64,000 nt of DNA. It comes from Lama glama (Eukaryota). The notes under the pieces were generated by a model. That model did not search any database and was not told where the DNA came from. It was given only the letters and a program-made list of their open reading frames with translations. Every line of letters begins with the position of its first letter. Positions within the stretch are counted from its first letter, which is position 1. The stretch is taken from contig CM052839.1 in NCBI GenBank assembly GCA_028534125.1, positions 45,508,001-45,572,000 of the forward strand. Reading direction: 5' to 3'. This document shows, piece after piece, positions 10,718 through 21,081 of this stretch. A program made the position numbers and the translations under genes.

Positions 10718-12077
10718 CCTGGGGCAGGAGGGTTGGGGGCCCACCTGGGGGGCACTCTTGGCCTGAAAGTTGCTGGCTCTACCAGAAGTGCAGCGCTCAG
10801 GTGCTCTCGGGGCTCCCCAACTCCACGGGGCACTGAAGAGGGGTTTCCTGTTTGCTGAGCTTCGCCAGTGCACTTGGCCTCAGACACTCAGTGGAGCCCA
10901 CAGAGCCCAGGGCAGCAGCTGGAGGGGGAGGCAGGGAAGAGTACCTGGGGGGCTCCAGGAGTGGGGCTGGTGTGGCAGTAGGCTGCCCTGGCCCCTGGGA
11001 TGGAGAGCAGAGCCTCTGTGCAGGGGATGGGTGGTGCAGAGGCCACCAGACTTGGCAGGGGTGCACAGCTGGGGGGGGGCACCAGGAATCCAGATGGAAA
11101 CTGCCATCTGACAGAGGTGGGGAGGGTAAAAAAACAGCCAAGGCCACGGCATTGCAACAGAAAGGGTCACTTTTTGAGGCCTGCCTCGCAGGCCCTGCAC
11201 ATACAGGAGAGCACCGTGTCGAGTCCGGGGAGTCACCCTCCCCAAAAGCACCAGGGCCAAGGGGGGTGGCTGCCCGCCCTGAGGGACCCTTGGGAACAGT
11301 GCACAGTGCTGGATGCTGGGTGTGGCCCCAGCTGGAGGCACCAGTTGTTGAGTGTTTTGGTCTTAGGGTACCTGCAGGGAACACCCCCACCCCATCTTTG
11401 TGCTTTGGTCACAGGGAGCACCTCCCACCTGGTGGCCCCAGCAGCTGCAGAGAAGCAGGGCCGAGGCGCCCAGAGTCAAGCGGTAGGCAGGTGTGGACAG
11501 TGCTGGACAAGAGGTCTGTGGGTGGGCTGTGGTGCCACCAAGAGGGGCAGCCCTGGCTCTGGGCGTGGCGGTGGGAATGTGACAACCACTGACCCAGATG
11601 CGCCCGAGTCTCAAACCAGAAGCCCCATCTCCCTGGCCGCCACAAGCCGCAAGGGCAAGAGTGCTCCTGCTCAGGGGTCTGGACCCGGTGTCAGGATGCA
11701 GGGGACGTCGCTGATCCAGCCCCAGTGTTCTGGGCAGGGGGTGCCCGGCAGTGTTGAGGCTGAGTGCAGAGGCCGTGGTGGCTGCGGGAGGAGAGAGGAG
11801 TGATGCGGGGGGGACGAGCAGGCCCAGCGGGGTCACAGACTGCCTTGCTGCCCAAACACAACCGCTGTGCCACCACCTCCTCTGAGCACACCCACCCAGG
11901 GGGCTCCAAGTGGCCATTGCGGGGCAGGCTGAACTCGGCCACGCAGTGGCCAACCTTCCCTGGCTGCAACCAGGCCCACAGAGCCGCCTGGGTCAGGAGA
12001 CAGAAGTAGTCGGGTTTTCTCCATAAAACCACAAAGGCACTGAGCTGCCAGAGGGCGGGGTGGGGGCCCACCTGGTG

Positions 12078-12209
12078 TCACAGCAGGAGGAGGCTGGGGC
12101 TGCGGAGCTGTCGGTACACTTGCAGGAGACGCTGGGCAGTGGCACAGGAGCTGGCCTCGTCCTCCGTGCACAGCCGGTCACGCAGGGTCTGCACCTCCCG
12201 CAGCAACGT
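12078..12209 (-). CDS. FAAP100: FAAP100 exon 9 coding part (132 nt)
   Basis: cctgtag|; encodes TLLREVQTLRDRLCTEDEASSCATAQRLLQVYRQLRSPSLLLL then TGA. Confidence 0.95.
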   Translation of the reverse strand, partial: TLLREVQTLRDRLCTEDEASSCATAQRLLQVYRQLRSPSLLLL

Positions 12210-15200
12210 CTACAGGTCGGGGGGCGGCAGCGGCTAGGCCCCCACCTTCTCACTGGGCATGTCAGCAGGTCCCTCTGGGGGACACCGCCAGGCACAGGTC
12301 CCACTCGGGACATGGTAGCTGACCCAGGAAAGACACTTGCCTGTGGCCTTAATGTGGGGGACATACCTCCTGCCCCCAGGAGTGTCCTTGCCAAGGCGGG
12401 GCAGGTTGGAGGGGTGGGGCCATGCCTGCTGTCCCTGTCCCCGCCCCCACTCCCTCCCTGGCAAGAAGAGCCTAGACCAACTCTTGGCTGTCAGGACTGG
12501 GAGGCTCCACCAGGCTGGGCGGCACCCAAGTGCCTGTGTGTGTCCCCCAAGGGCCGGGGACAGTCCTCGCTCCCCAGGCTGGTGGAAGGTGCAGGGAATG
12601 GCAGCCCTGAAGGGCCTCACCTCATGGTTGGCGTGGATCTGATGGAGATACTGCAGGCGGAGGTCAGGTGGGCTGGAGCCCCGGGCGGCCTGCTCCACAA
12701 CCATCCTCTGGGGGAAGCAAGGGGCAGGCAGCTGGAGACAGTGCTCCTGTGGGCTCCGGGCACCTGTCTCCCAGCCCTCAGGGCCAGGTGGCGCATCCCA
12801 GTCCCCAAGCCGTCCATCTTGGCCTCCCCACCTCGCCCCCAGTTCACCTCTGCAGCATCTCCACCCCGGGCAGCAGGGCACACAGGCCCCAGCCTCACGG
12901 CTGTCTACTTAGAAGTAACTTTCATGCAGGCCCTTTCCCCTCCACTGCCCGCCTCCCCACTGTCCTTGGCCTCAGGCCCCAGCACCGCGCTGCTGCTCGA
13001 GTGGTTCCGCATGGCCCACAACAGGGCTGCTCAGTGTCCTGCTTTGGGAGACAGCCTGGTGGGCCCTGGGGCTCAGATCCAAGCTCCCAGACTTGTCCAG
13101 GCAGCAAGGCTACCACTGGCCTCTGGGGCAAAGCACTGAGAAGAGATCCCGACACTGAGGGGCAGCAGGAGGTGCTGGCCACTGGCAGCAGCCACACATC
13201 TGACCCCGAGTGGCCAGGTGAATGGATGGCACGAGGACACTCCCGTCCCACGAGCACAGTGTCGGCAGCACCCTGTCACGGGCTGAATCATGCCCCCCAC
13301 ATTCTCATGTGGAAGTCCCAGCCCCCAGCACCTCAGAGGCAACTATTCGGAGAGGGCCTTCACAGACGACCAAGGTAAAATGAGGTCACGTGCGTGGGCC
13401 CTAATCCCACAGGACTGGTGTCCTTCTGAGAAGAGATCAGGGCACAGACACGCGGACGACGACCCGGTGAGGACACGGGGGCAGGCCCGCACGCGCTCCG
13501 GGAGAGGCCTCCGGAGGACTCGCCCTGCTGGCACCCGGGTCCCATCTGTTCCCTTTGTCCCAGCAGCCCCAGGACACTAACTCCTCCTCTTGCTGGGAGT
13601 CTGGTCAACACGCTCTTCCCCTGGGCTTCTCACTCACTGTCTACCTTTTGGCCGCCACGCTTGGCGGGTCTGGAGACGGCCCTGTGTGCTTCAGCACGGC
13701 AAGAGCGACAGTGGGGTGCTCTCCCGGGGTGGGGGGAGGTGCGGGGAGGGGTGGGAGCTCTGCTCTGGGGACAGAGCCCGGGCATGAAGCCACAGATGTG
13801 CCACGGCACTGAGCTTAGGGTCCTCTGGTCATGGCTCGGCCCCCAGGCTGGCCTGGGTGCACTGGTGAGTCTAGAACTCGGATTGCAGGTTCCCTGACTC
13901 TCGGGGTCTGGGGTGGGGACTGGGGATGTGCACCGAGAAGTTGCCAGTGAAGCTCACGCAGAGTCCATGCTCGGGGAAACTGGAAACTGGCTGACAGCTG
14001 CCACTGCAGACTTGCTGCACAGCGAAGGACGCACACTCAGAACAGGTGGGAGGCGCTGGGCCGCTGACCCTGGGCCCCGTCTGCCAAGGGCACCAGCTGA
14101 CAGACTTCCACCTGGAGCACGAAGCCCTTCCTGCAGGTCCCAGAGTTGTGGCCCCAGTGCCCCATGTGGCACTGCAGGAGCAGCAGCGAGGTCCCCGGGG
14201 CCGTGCGTGTGCACGTGTGCATGTACGGGTGCGCGCCTGTGTGTGTGTGAAGGGCTGGCTGCCAGCTCCCACTATCTTGACAAAGATGTGGAGGCTCAAA
14301 CAAGCAGACACCTTGTTCTGAGACCGAGCCCAGCGTGTCTGATCCGGGGGCACAGCCTCTCCACGCAGCCTCTGATCGCCCGGGCAAGTGCAGACCTCAC
14401 GCTGACTGGGACAGGGAACAAGCGGGGCTCCCTTTAGCCTTCAGGCCACGCGCACACGGCCACTGGGAACTACTGCCCAGACCAAGACGGTGAGCAGCAA
14501 GTCCCCCACCCACCTCCCAAATGCCCACAGCTCGCCTGCAACTGCTAGCCAGGTAGCCCTGCATCCCCACCACCACATGGAAACTTCACAACGGCCAACA
14601 GACCTGTAGACGCCCAATGATAGCGTGGTGTGTTCTGCACATGTTGGCCAGAGAGGAGCTTTCCACCTGGATCTCCACAGCCTGGATGGGCCCTGCTGGG
14701 CACAGGTCGGTCACGGCCACCTGCAACACACAAGGGACCTCGCTGGAGTGGGGCAGCTCAGCCCTCGGGGTGCCCCGAGCTGGCAGGGGTGTGCGAGGCC
14801 CAGGGGACCCGAATCCCTGGCCTGGGCTGCCCTGTCCTAGCGTGGGCCAAGCTCAGCAGGCTCCTGGGCCTGTCTCTCCGCATCCAACATGAGTTCCCGC
14901 TCGAAGAACTAGCTAGTCAAGCAACAGCAAGTCTGCTCAACTGGAAGCGTGTGTCCAGGAAGCACCGCGTTCCCTGAGGACGCAGATCTGTGGCGCCCAC
15001 TCTGGAAAGGACTGCTGTGGGTGTACCGCCACGGACAGCCCATGGCTGGAACCCACACTCACGGGCCACACTGGGCAGCTCGGGTCCCCTGACAGCAGGG
15101 TCAGGGTTCCAGGTGTGAAAACAGGGTGTGGGCTGGACAGCCGAGGTCAGCCTGGCGCTCTCCAGGCAAACGTAAGAGCTGGGAAAGATGGGTGAGTGCC

Positions 15201-18200
15201 AGACACTAGGCAAGATCCTGGAGGCCTCGGGAAGGCCTGGTGGTTCTTCCTTCTGGAATCGCAGGATGTGCTGGGACACCCACCCCTGTCCACCACCTGC
15301 AGAGCCACCACCAGGCCCCAGAACCAGGGCCCAGGACACTCCAACCTGGACAGTGCCTAGTCCCGGCCTGACCTGAAAGGCCCGTCTTGTGGGCAGCCTC
15401 CACCCACCACCCTTGGTGACATGAGTCCTGGCTGCCCAGGCTGTTCTGCCAGAGCCTCCATGCTGCAGCACGAAGGACAGCTGGATAAGACCCCTGGCCG
15501 TCGAGGGTGTCGGGAAGGCAGGTGTGCGTGGGGGCAGGGCTGGAGGACCAAGCCCCATCTTGGTGTCTCAGCAGCCCCCACGTAAGCAGCTTCAGCGACA
15601 GGGCCCGGCTCCCTGGTGCTCTAGGGGTCTAGCGGTGCTCACGCTGCTCCCGGAGCACAAACGACGAGCCACCCTGGGCTAGGACCACACGTGGAGAGCG
15701 CTGGACTGGGCTGGTCCTCATGGGACTCAGTTGGGAGGGTGACACTGCCTCCAGCCCCACAAGGCCGCACCATCACAGCCTGCCTCAGACTTGGCCGCGT
15801 CGGGTCCTCTGGGGGGTGGGCACAGGTCTGACTCCTCTCAGGCGCCCGGGGACCCACTCAGAACCGCTGCCGTTGAGGCCAGTCTCCCCAGGGGCAGGGG
15901 GGCTGGCCCCTGCTTGCCTCACGGACGATGAGGTGGACTTCAGTGCCATCTGGGGCCACTCCCTGGACAGAGGACAGTGCTTGGGCCCTCACGATGTCCC
16001 CGACGGCATTCTCAGCGAGGAGCCACTGCAGGGTGGCACAGCCCAGGGACATGCCTGGAGGGGAGAGGTGTGGCTGTGAGGCTGGGCAGATCTGTGAGTG
16101 GGAGGGCGGGCTCTGAGGCCAGAGCGAAGCCAGTCAGTGCCACCAACCTGCATGCCCATCCCCAAAAGCAGCCCTGAGCAACTCTGTCGACACTTTGATG
16201 GTGGCCACGGATGGGGGCAGGTACTTGGCCCGCAGGGACGAAGGTCCTGCCAGCTGCCCGCCTGGCCCACGGCAAGTTCCCAGGAAGGTGTGGATGGGGT
16301 CCCCAGCGGGGCTGAGCGGGCCCAGGGCCTGCATGGGGGGCACAGCCAGGCTGGGGAAGCGCAGGCTCTGCAGCATGTCCACCGTGCGCTCGCTCAGGGG
16401 CAGGCAGACGCCATCCTGCTCAGGCAGGACGTCGGGGGGGCACTCATCCGACCAGGCGTCCTGGGCAGGGTCTGTGGGGGCAAGGGCCCCGCCCACGACC
16501 TCCCTGAGGCGGTAGAAGAGCGCGCAGGACACGGTCACAGGCAGGTCGAGCGCACCGTCCTCGCCGGGGCCCAGGGGCAGCGTCACCTCCCGCCGACCGC
16601 CAGGGCCGAGCTGGTCCACGGGGATGGTGTAGGTGACGGCCGAGCCGGCTGAGCCCAGGTCTAAGGCCCTGGAGCTGCTGAGCACCTGGACGCACAGGGC
16701 CCAGCCCCGGTCCAGGCTGAAGCTGCTGCTGTTCTCCAGCAGGCAGGTGGCCGTCAGCACGTCTTGCAGCTGCAGGCAGCTCCAGGCAGTGGTGATGGCG
16801 CAGGAGATGGGCCTGGGGCCTTCCCGGCTGGACAGCAGGGCACAGCTCACGTTCATGGCTTCATTGAGGCACGTCAGGGCCTTGTTCCGCTGGTCTACTG
16901 CCTTCTTCAGAGAGGACACTCTGGAGGGAGATGTGGCCACTGGTGGGGGACGACGAGCCCTCATCCTGGGTGCCACCCCTCCACTCCCAACGCCGGAAGG
17001 GACCAGGCCTTGCTACTCCTGGACACCAGCAAGGAGCCCCACCTCAGGGACCTCTCACCCTGCCCTGCAACCGTCTGACCCCACCCTCCTCTCCAGCAAC
17101 CAAGAAACGAGGCAGAGGATGTACCTGGGGCAGCTTGCACTTGGCAGCCTGGCCCAGACCACCGGGCTGACAAAGCTACATCCCATCAGGGCTGCATGGG
17201 CCAGGTGGTGTCCATTGTGGGGCTGGCTGCCCCCGCCGTGCCCCTGACATTTCCAAGTCAGTCCCTTATGCGGTGCCACTGTGACAGCCCAGAGGGCGGC
17301 AGGCAGCCTGGAACTGGCTCTAAACCCCAAGGGTTCGGCACCTACAACTGGCCTTCAGTGCCGCCTTTGACCTGGCAGCATGGCACTTGGGGCCACCACT
17401 GGGGCCAGAGGCAAAGGATCAGGCCCGGCCCGGCCCAGCACCACCACTCAGGACGCCTCCTCCAGTGGACGCCACGCCAGCCTCTGTCCGAGCCGCAGCC
17501 AGCTGCTCACCTCTCAGACACGGTGCCAATGCCAGACAGCAACTCCTTAATTTTCTGGCCAGTGTTCGCCGAGGTCACGCTGGTGGGGCAAGGCGTCTCA
17601 CGGTGCAGGTCCAGGCTGCAGGTCATCAGCCGGCCTTTGGCCGACAGGGCCAGGAGCTCAGCGCCACCTGCAGTGGACACGTGGGGCCGGGTCAACAGGC
17701 AGGGAGGGCCCACTGCTGGGAACGTGCAGCAGTTCCCGGGACTCCTGATGAGCGCTGGCAGAACAACAGTGCCAGGTGAGGAGAGCGCGGGCCGTGCCCT
17801 GGGCCGGGCAGAGCCGTGTTCACTGCCGTGTTCATCCAGTGCACACGTCGGAAAGGGCTGTCCCCGGGAGGCGGTGTCAGCAAGGCAGAGGCGGCTCCTT
17901 GTACGTGGACGAGACTAAACGGGGCGACCACATCAGCCGGGGGTGCCCCCCTCTAATAGGCCCTCCAGAGCACAGCTGCTCCGAGATTTCCTAAGAGAGG
18001 CAGGCGCCACGCAGGCCCTGGCCTCCTCCACGGTCTGGCCGGCTCTCCCTGGGGCTTTTCTGGAAGCTACCAGTTCTGCCCCCTTTTCTGCTCCTGGGCT
18101 ACCAGGAAGCTCCCCGGGAAACCGGCTCCACCTCCTGCCACCTGCTGGTTCCCATGTCCCTGAGCCAGGCCAGAGGAGGGGCCCTCTCCCTGCAGTAGAG

Positions 18201-20887
18201 ACAACAGCCTTTCCCCTTCAAGTCTGGTCCACAGCAAGACCTACGATGCGCTCGTGGGCCGTCTTAACGGGAATATCCCCTGGTGGGGGGCATCTATCTA
18301 CCCCCCACCCCTGGCATTGGACAAACATGGGTGAAACCCTCTCCGGCCTTGTCCAGGGAAAACACACACACGAGAGCTTGGGGATGCCCGTCTTCAGTGC
18401 AGGGTGGGCTCACTGGAGGCCACACAGTAAATTTTATCCCTTCAAAAGAAAGGTAAAGACCTAACCTGAACCGACTTGAATTTCCCCTGGACTACCTGCC
18501 GTGGGAGGCCCATCATGGAGACACACTTGCCCTGGGCCGCCCAGGTGCAGACCCCACCCAGGCAGGCAGCGCCCTAACCCCCACAACCCACGCGGGACAC
18601 GCAGGACACACAGGATCCCATGACAAGGAGCTGTGTCAAGTGAGGGTAGGCCTGCCGGGCAGGGTTATGGAGGACATGGGTGAGGCAGAGAAAGGACACC
18701 AGAGCAGAGGGTCCACCCACCCTGGGGCTGTGGTTTTCAGGTTAAAGCTGAGGCTCGTACCTTCAGGTGTCCTGGATGACACAGAGAGGGTGACGACGCT
18801 GCAGATGCTCAAGCTGGTGGGACACAACAGAGAGGGCAGGCCTCCTAGGGCCCCATCGGGCTGTGCGGGGTCCCAGGGGGAGCCTCCCCGGGCCAGGTCC
18901 ACCACACAGAGGTCTGAGGGGCTGCTGAGGTACAGACGGCTGTGCCCACCACAGGCTGCACAGAGCACGGGCCCCGGGAGGCGGTACTCCCGCAGCTCTG
19001 GCGCCAGATGCCCCGCCTCATTCCAGCTGGCCTTGATGGCTAGCGTCCGGCCGTGGTGACCGAGCACCACCAGGCAGTCGGAATGCTCGTCCTCCACATC
19101 CTCGGCCAGCGGCTCCGTTCTCAAGGCCCCGATGAAGACAACAGGCTCCTCCAGGTGGTGGAGGATCTTGACAAGGGCCTTGGGGTCGCCCGGGGCCGAC
19201 CTGGAGGTGACCAGGGTCCGCAGGACCACACAGCAGAGCTGGCCATCAGGGAGACCGCAGAGGATCGCGGGCGACTCTAGGAGGGCGGCACCAGCCCCAA
19301 AGAGCAGCCCAAAGAGGGCGCCCTCGAGGGCAAAGCCCCGGGAGCTGTGCGGGGCCCTGGAGCCCGGCGGTGATGCACAGCACAGTACAGGGAGGAAGCG
19401 GGGGGCTGCGGGCTCTCCTGGGCTCCCAGCAGTGGGGGTGCAGCTGGACAAGTGCACCTCGCCAATCTGGCCCCCGGGCCTGGGGTCCTCCCCGGGACAG
19501 GGCCGTTCGAACAGCTGCACCTTCCACTGGGTGGGGCCCTGTGCCAGGGTGACGAGGACGTCATCGAGGATGGTGAAGGCGCACAGCGTGGCGTCAGGCA
19601 GGACACAGGCACCTGGGTCCACGGGGATGACGGGGGAGGGAGGCGACCCGTCCTGCTCGTCCTCAGTGCCCTGGCTATCCCCGCCGTCCCCACCATCCTG
19701 GCTCACGGACCTTCAAGAATACAGGGAACCACGGTCACAGCACTAACCCTCACCAGCTCTCTTCACAACTACCTGCCGCTGAGCATGACAGGTCTGGGGT
19801 CTTCACAGGGAGTGACCTCAGTGACCCTCAGCGGTGTGGGAGAGGCTCATCAGGGAGCAGCTAGCATGCCACAGTGCCCCCCACCTGCTGCGGGGACGGC
19901 TCTGCCCCACTCGGTCATCCAGGGACACGCATGTCACAGGGCTTCCAGAAACAGGGCTCAGAAAATCCTCATCAGTGCAGGACTGCTGGACCCTGAGGCC
20001 TCAGCTGGGAACCGCACCTGCTAACTTCTTATCCTCTAAACCAGCAATGAGCAGATGTCACGTCTAGGCTCTGCGCTGGTGCTAGGGGCCGGGTCCTCTG
20101 AGCACTGACTCACGGTTCACAGACCCCCACCAAGGCTCAAGGGCTGCAGACTCAGCTGCCTGGACCCCGTTTACTGAAGATTCTCTGTAAGCAGCAGCCT
20201 GCTAGAGGACAATGGGGCAGGGGGCACGAGCACTCCAGACTCCAGAGCTGGCCCTGAGCCCACTGTCCCCACCTGCAAGGGCCAGTGAGTGCTCACTCTG
20301 AATGCAGTCCAGGGGTAACATAGGTCACAGGGGCAGGGAGTGAAGAGGCAAAGCAGGAAGCACCTGTCAGATGCAGTGAGAAGCCCGTATGAGGCCAGGT
20401 CAGCCTCAGCCACGGGGAGGCCAGTGTGGACCCTCCCAAAGCAGGCTGCCCAGCGACCACTCCTCACCTGCCCGCCTGGTCCAAGGACAAGCAATAGATG
20501 CCGCTCTGGGCGCACAAAACGTAGAGCGCCCTACGAAGGGCCAGGAGCTCCAGGTGCCACACCTGACCGGGAAACTTGTACACGGCCTGGACGTCCAGGG
20601 AGAAGGCAGCGTCAGGCCGGAGGCGGGGGGCCGGGGGAGGCGGAGGACAAACTCCCCGAACGCGCGGACCCCTCTGTGCAAACCCGGGCCCGTCCCTCTG
20701 GAGGCCCCCGCCCCGCGCTCACGGTCAGCAGCCGCCCCTCCTGGTCGTAGACGTAGACCAGCTCGCTCCCGGTGGACAGGAAGACCTCCGCCCCGTGGCA
20801 CAGCACGCGGGGCTTGCCCGCCGCCAGGCCCCCGAGCGGGCAGCGGAAGCCCGCCAAGTATTCGACCCGCGGCGCGCGGCTAGCCAT
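12078..20887 (-). CDS. FAAP100: Fanconi anemia core complex-associated protein 100, complete; complement(join(12078..12209,12621..12707,14604..14720,15918..16054,16148..16920,17511..17667,18761..19710,20468..20586,20723..20887)), 878 aa
   Basis: gccATGG start MASRAPRVEYLAGFRCPLGGLAAGKPRVL; internal LLESPAILCGLPDGQLCCV and ILHHLEEPVVFIGAL; C-terminus AQRLLQVYRQLRSPSLLLL*. Exons sum to 2637 nt with consistent phases; lies between FSCN2 and NPLOC4 as in human. Confidence 0.96.
12621..12707 (-). CDS. FAAP100: FAAP100 exon 8 (87 nt)
   Basis: ttcccccag|; encodes RMVVEQAARGSSPPDLRLQYLHQIHANHE; donor |gtgagg. Confidence 0.94.
13274..13582 (+). mobile_element. MaLR solo LTR fragment (MLT1A/B-like) in FAAP100 intron 7
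   Basis: Starts TGTCACGGGCTGAAT; contains aaggtaaaatgaggtca and gggccctaatcc..gactggtgtcctt; ends cagcagccccaggacactaa; recognised by eye. Confidence 0.7.
14604..14720 (-). CDS. FAAP100: FAAP100 exon 7 (117 nt)
   Basis: gttgcag|; encodes VAVTDLCPAGPIQAVEIQVESSSLANMCRTHHAIIGRLQ; donor |gtctgt. Confidence 0.94.
15918..16054 (-). CDS. FAAP100: FAAP100 exon 6 (137 nt), GC donor
   Basis: ccctccag|; encodes MSLGCATLQWLLAEN...EVHLIVRE; donor GAG|gcaagc required for phase 0. Confidence 0.9.
16148..16920 (-). CDS. FAAP100: FAAP100 exon 5 (773 nt)
   Basis: ccctccag|; encodes VSSLKKAVDQRNKALTCLNEAMNVSCALL...RAAFGDGHA; donor |gttggt. Confidence 0.94.
17511..17667 (-). CDS. FAAP100: FAAP100 exon 4 (157 nt)
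   Basis: ctgcag|; encodes GAELLALSAKGRLMTCSLD...KIKELLSGIGTVSE; donor |gtgagc. Confidence 0.94.
18761..19710 (-). CDS. FAAP100: FAAP100 exon 3 (950 nt)
   Basis: ttcttgaag|; ORF SVSQDGG...SSRTPE; donor |gtacga. Confidence 0.93.
20468..20586 (-). CDS. FAAP100: FAAP100 exon 2 (119 nt)
   Basis: gtccag|; encodes AVYKFPGQVWHLELLALRRALYVLCAQSGIYCLSLDQAG; donor |gtgagg. Confidence 0.92.
20723..20887 (-). CDS. FAAP100: FAAP100 coding exon 1 (165 nt)
   Basis: MASRAPRV...YDQEGRLLT; donor |gtgagc. Confidence 0.95.
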
Positions 20888-21013
20888 GGCGCGGGGCGCG
20901 GGGCGCGGGGCAGGCGGGGAGCCCGGCCGCGGGAACGGGGTCGGCCTCGCGGCGCCGGCGCCGGCGCCGGGGGCGGGGCGCTTTACGGCGGCCCAGGTCG
21001 CCTCGCGGCCTCC

Positions 21014-21081
21014 GCCGTAAAGCGGCGCGGCAGGGGCGGGGCCGGGCCGTAAAGCGGCGCGGCAGGGGCGGGGCCGGGCCG
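21014..21081. repeat. 32-bp tandem duplication in FAAP100 promoter
   Basis: GCCGTAAAGCGGCGCGGCAGGGGCGGGGCCGG at 21014-21045 and 21046-21077, plus a partial third copy. Confidence 0.9.

Noticed and set aside
12060-13139. 359-aa plus-strand ORF antisense to FAAP100 exons 8-9
   Set aside because: Non-ATG start, no recognisable domain, expected by chance at this GC content.
16055-16147. 93-nt FAAP100 intron 5 as an in-frame retained intron
   Set aside because: It contains an in-frame TGA at 16134-16136 and shows no end-to-end hairpin.
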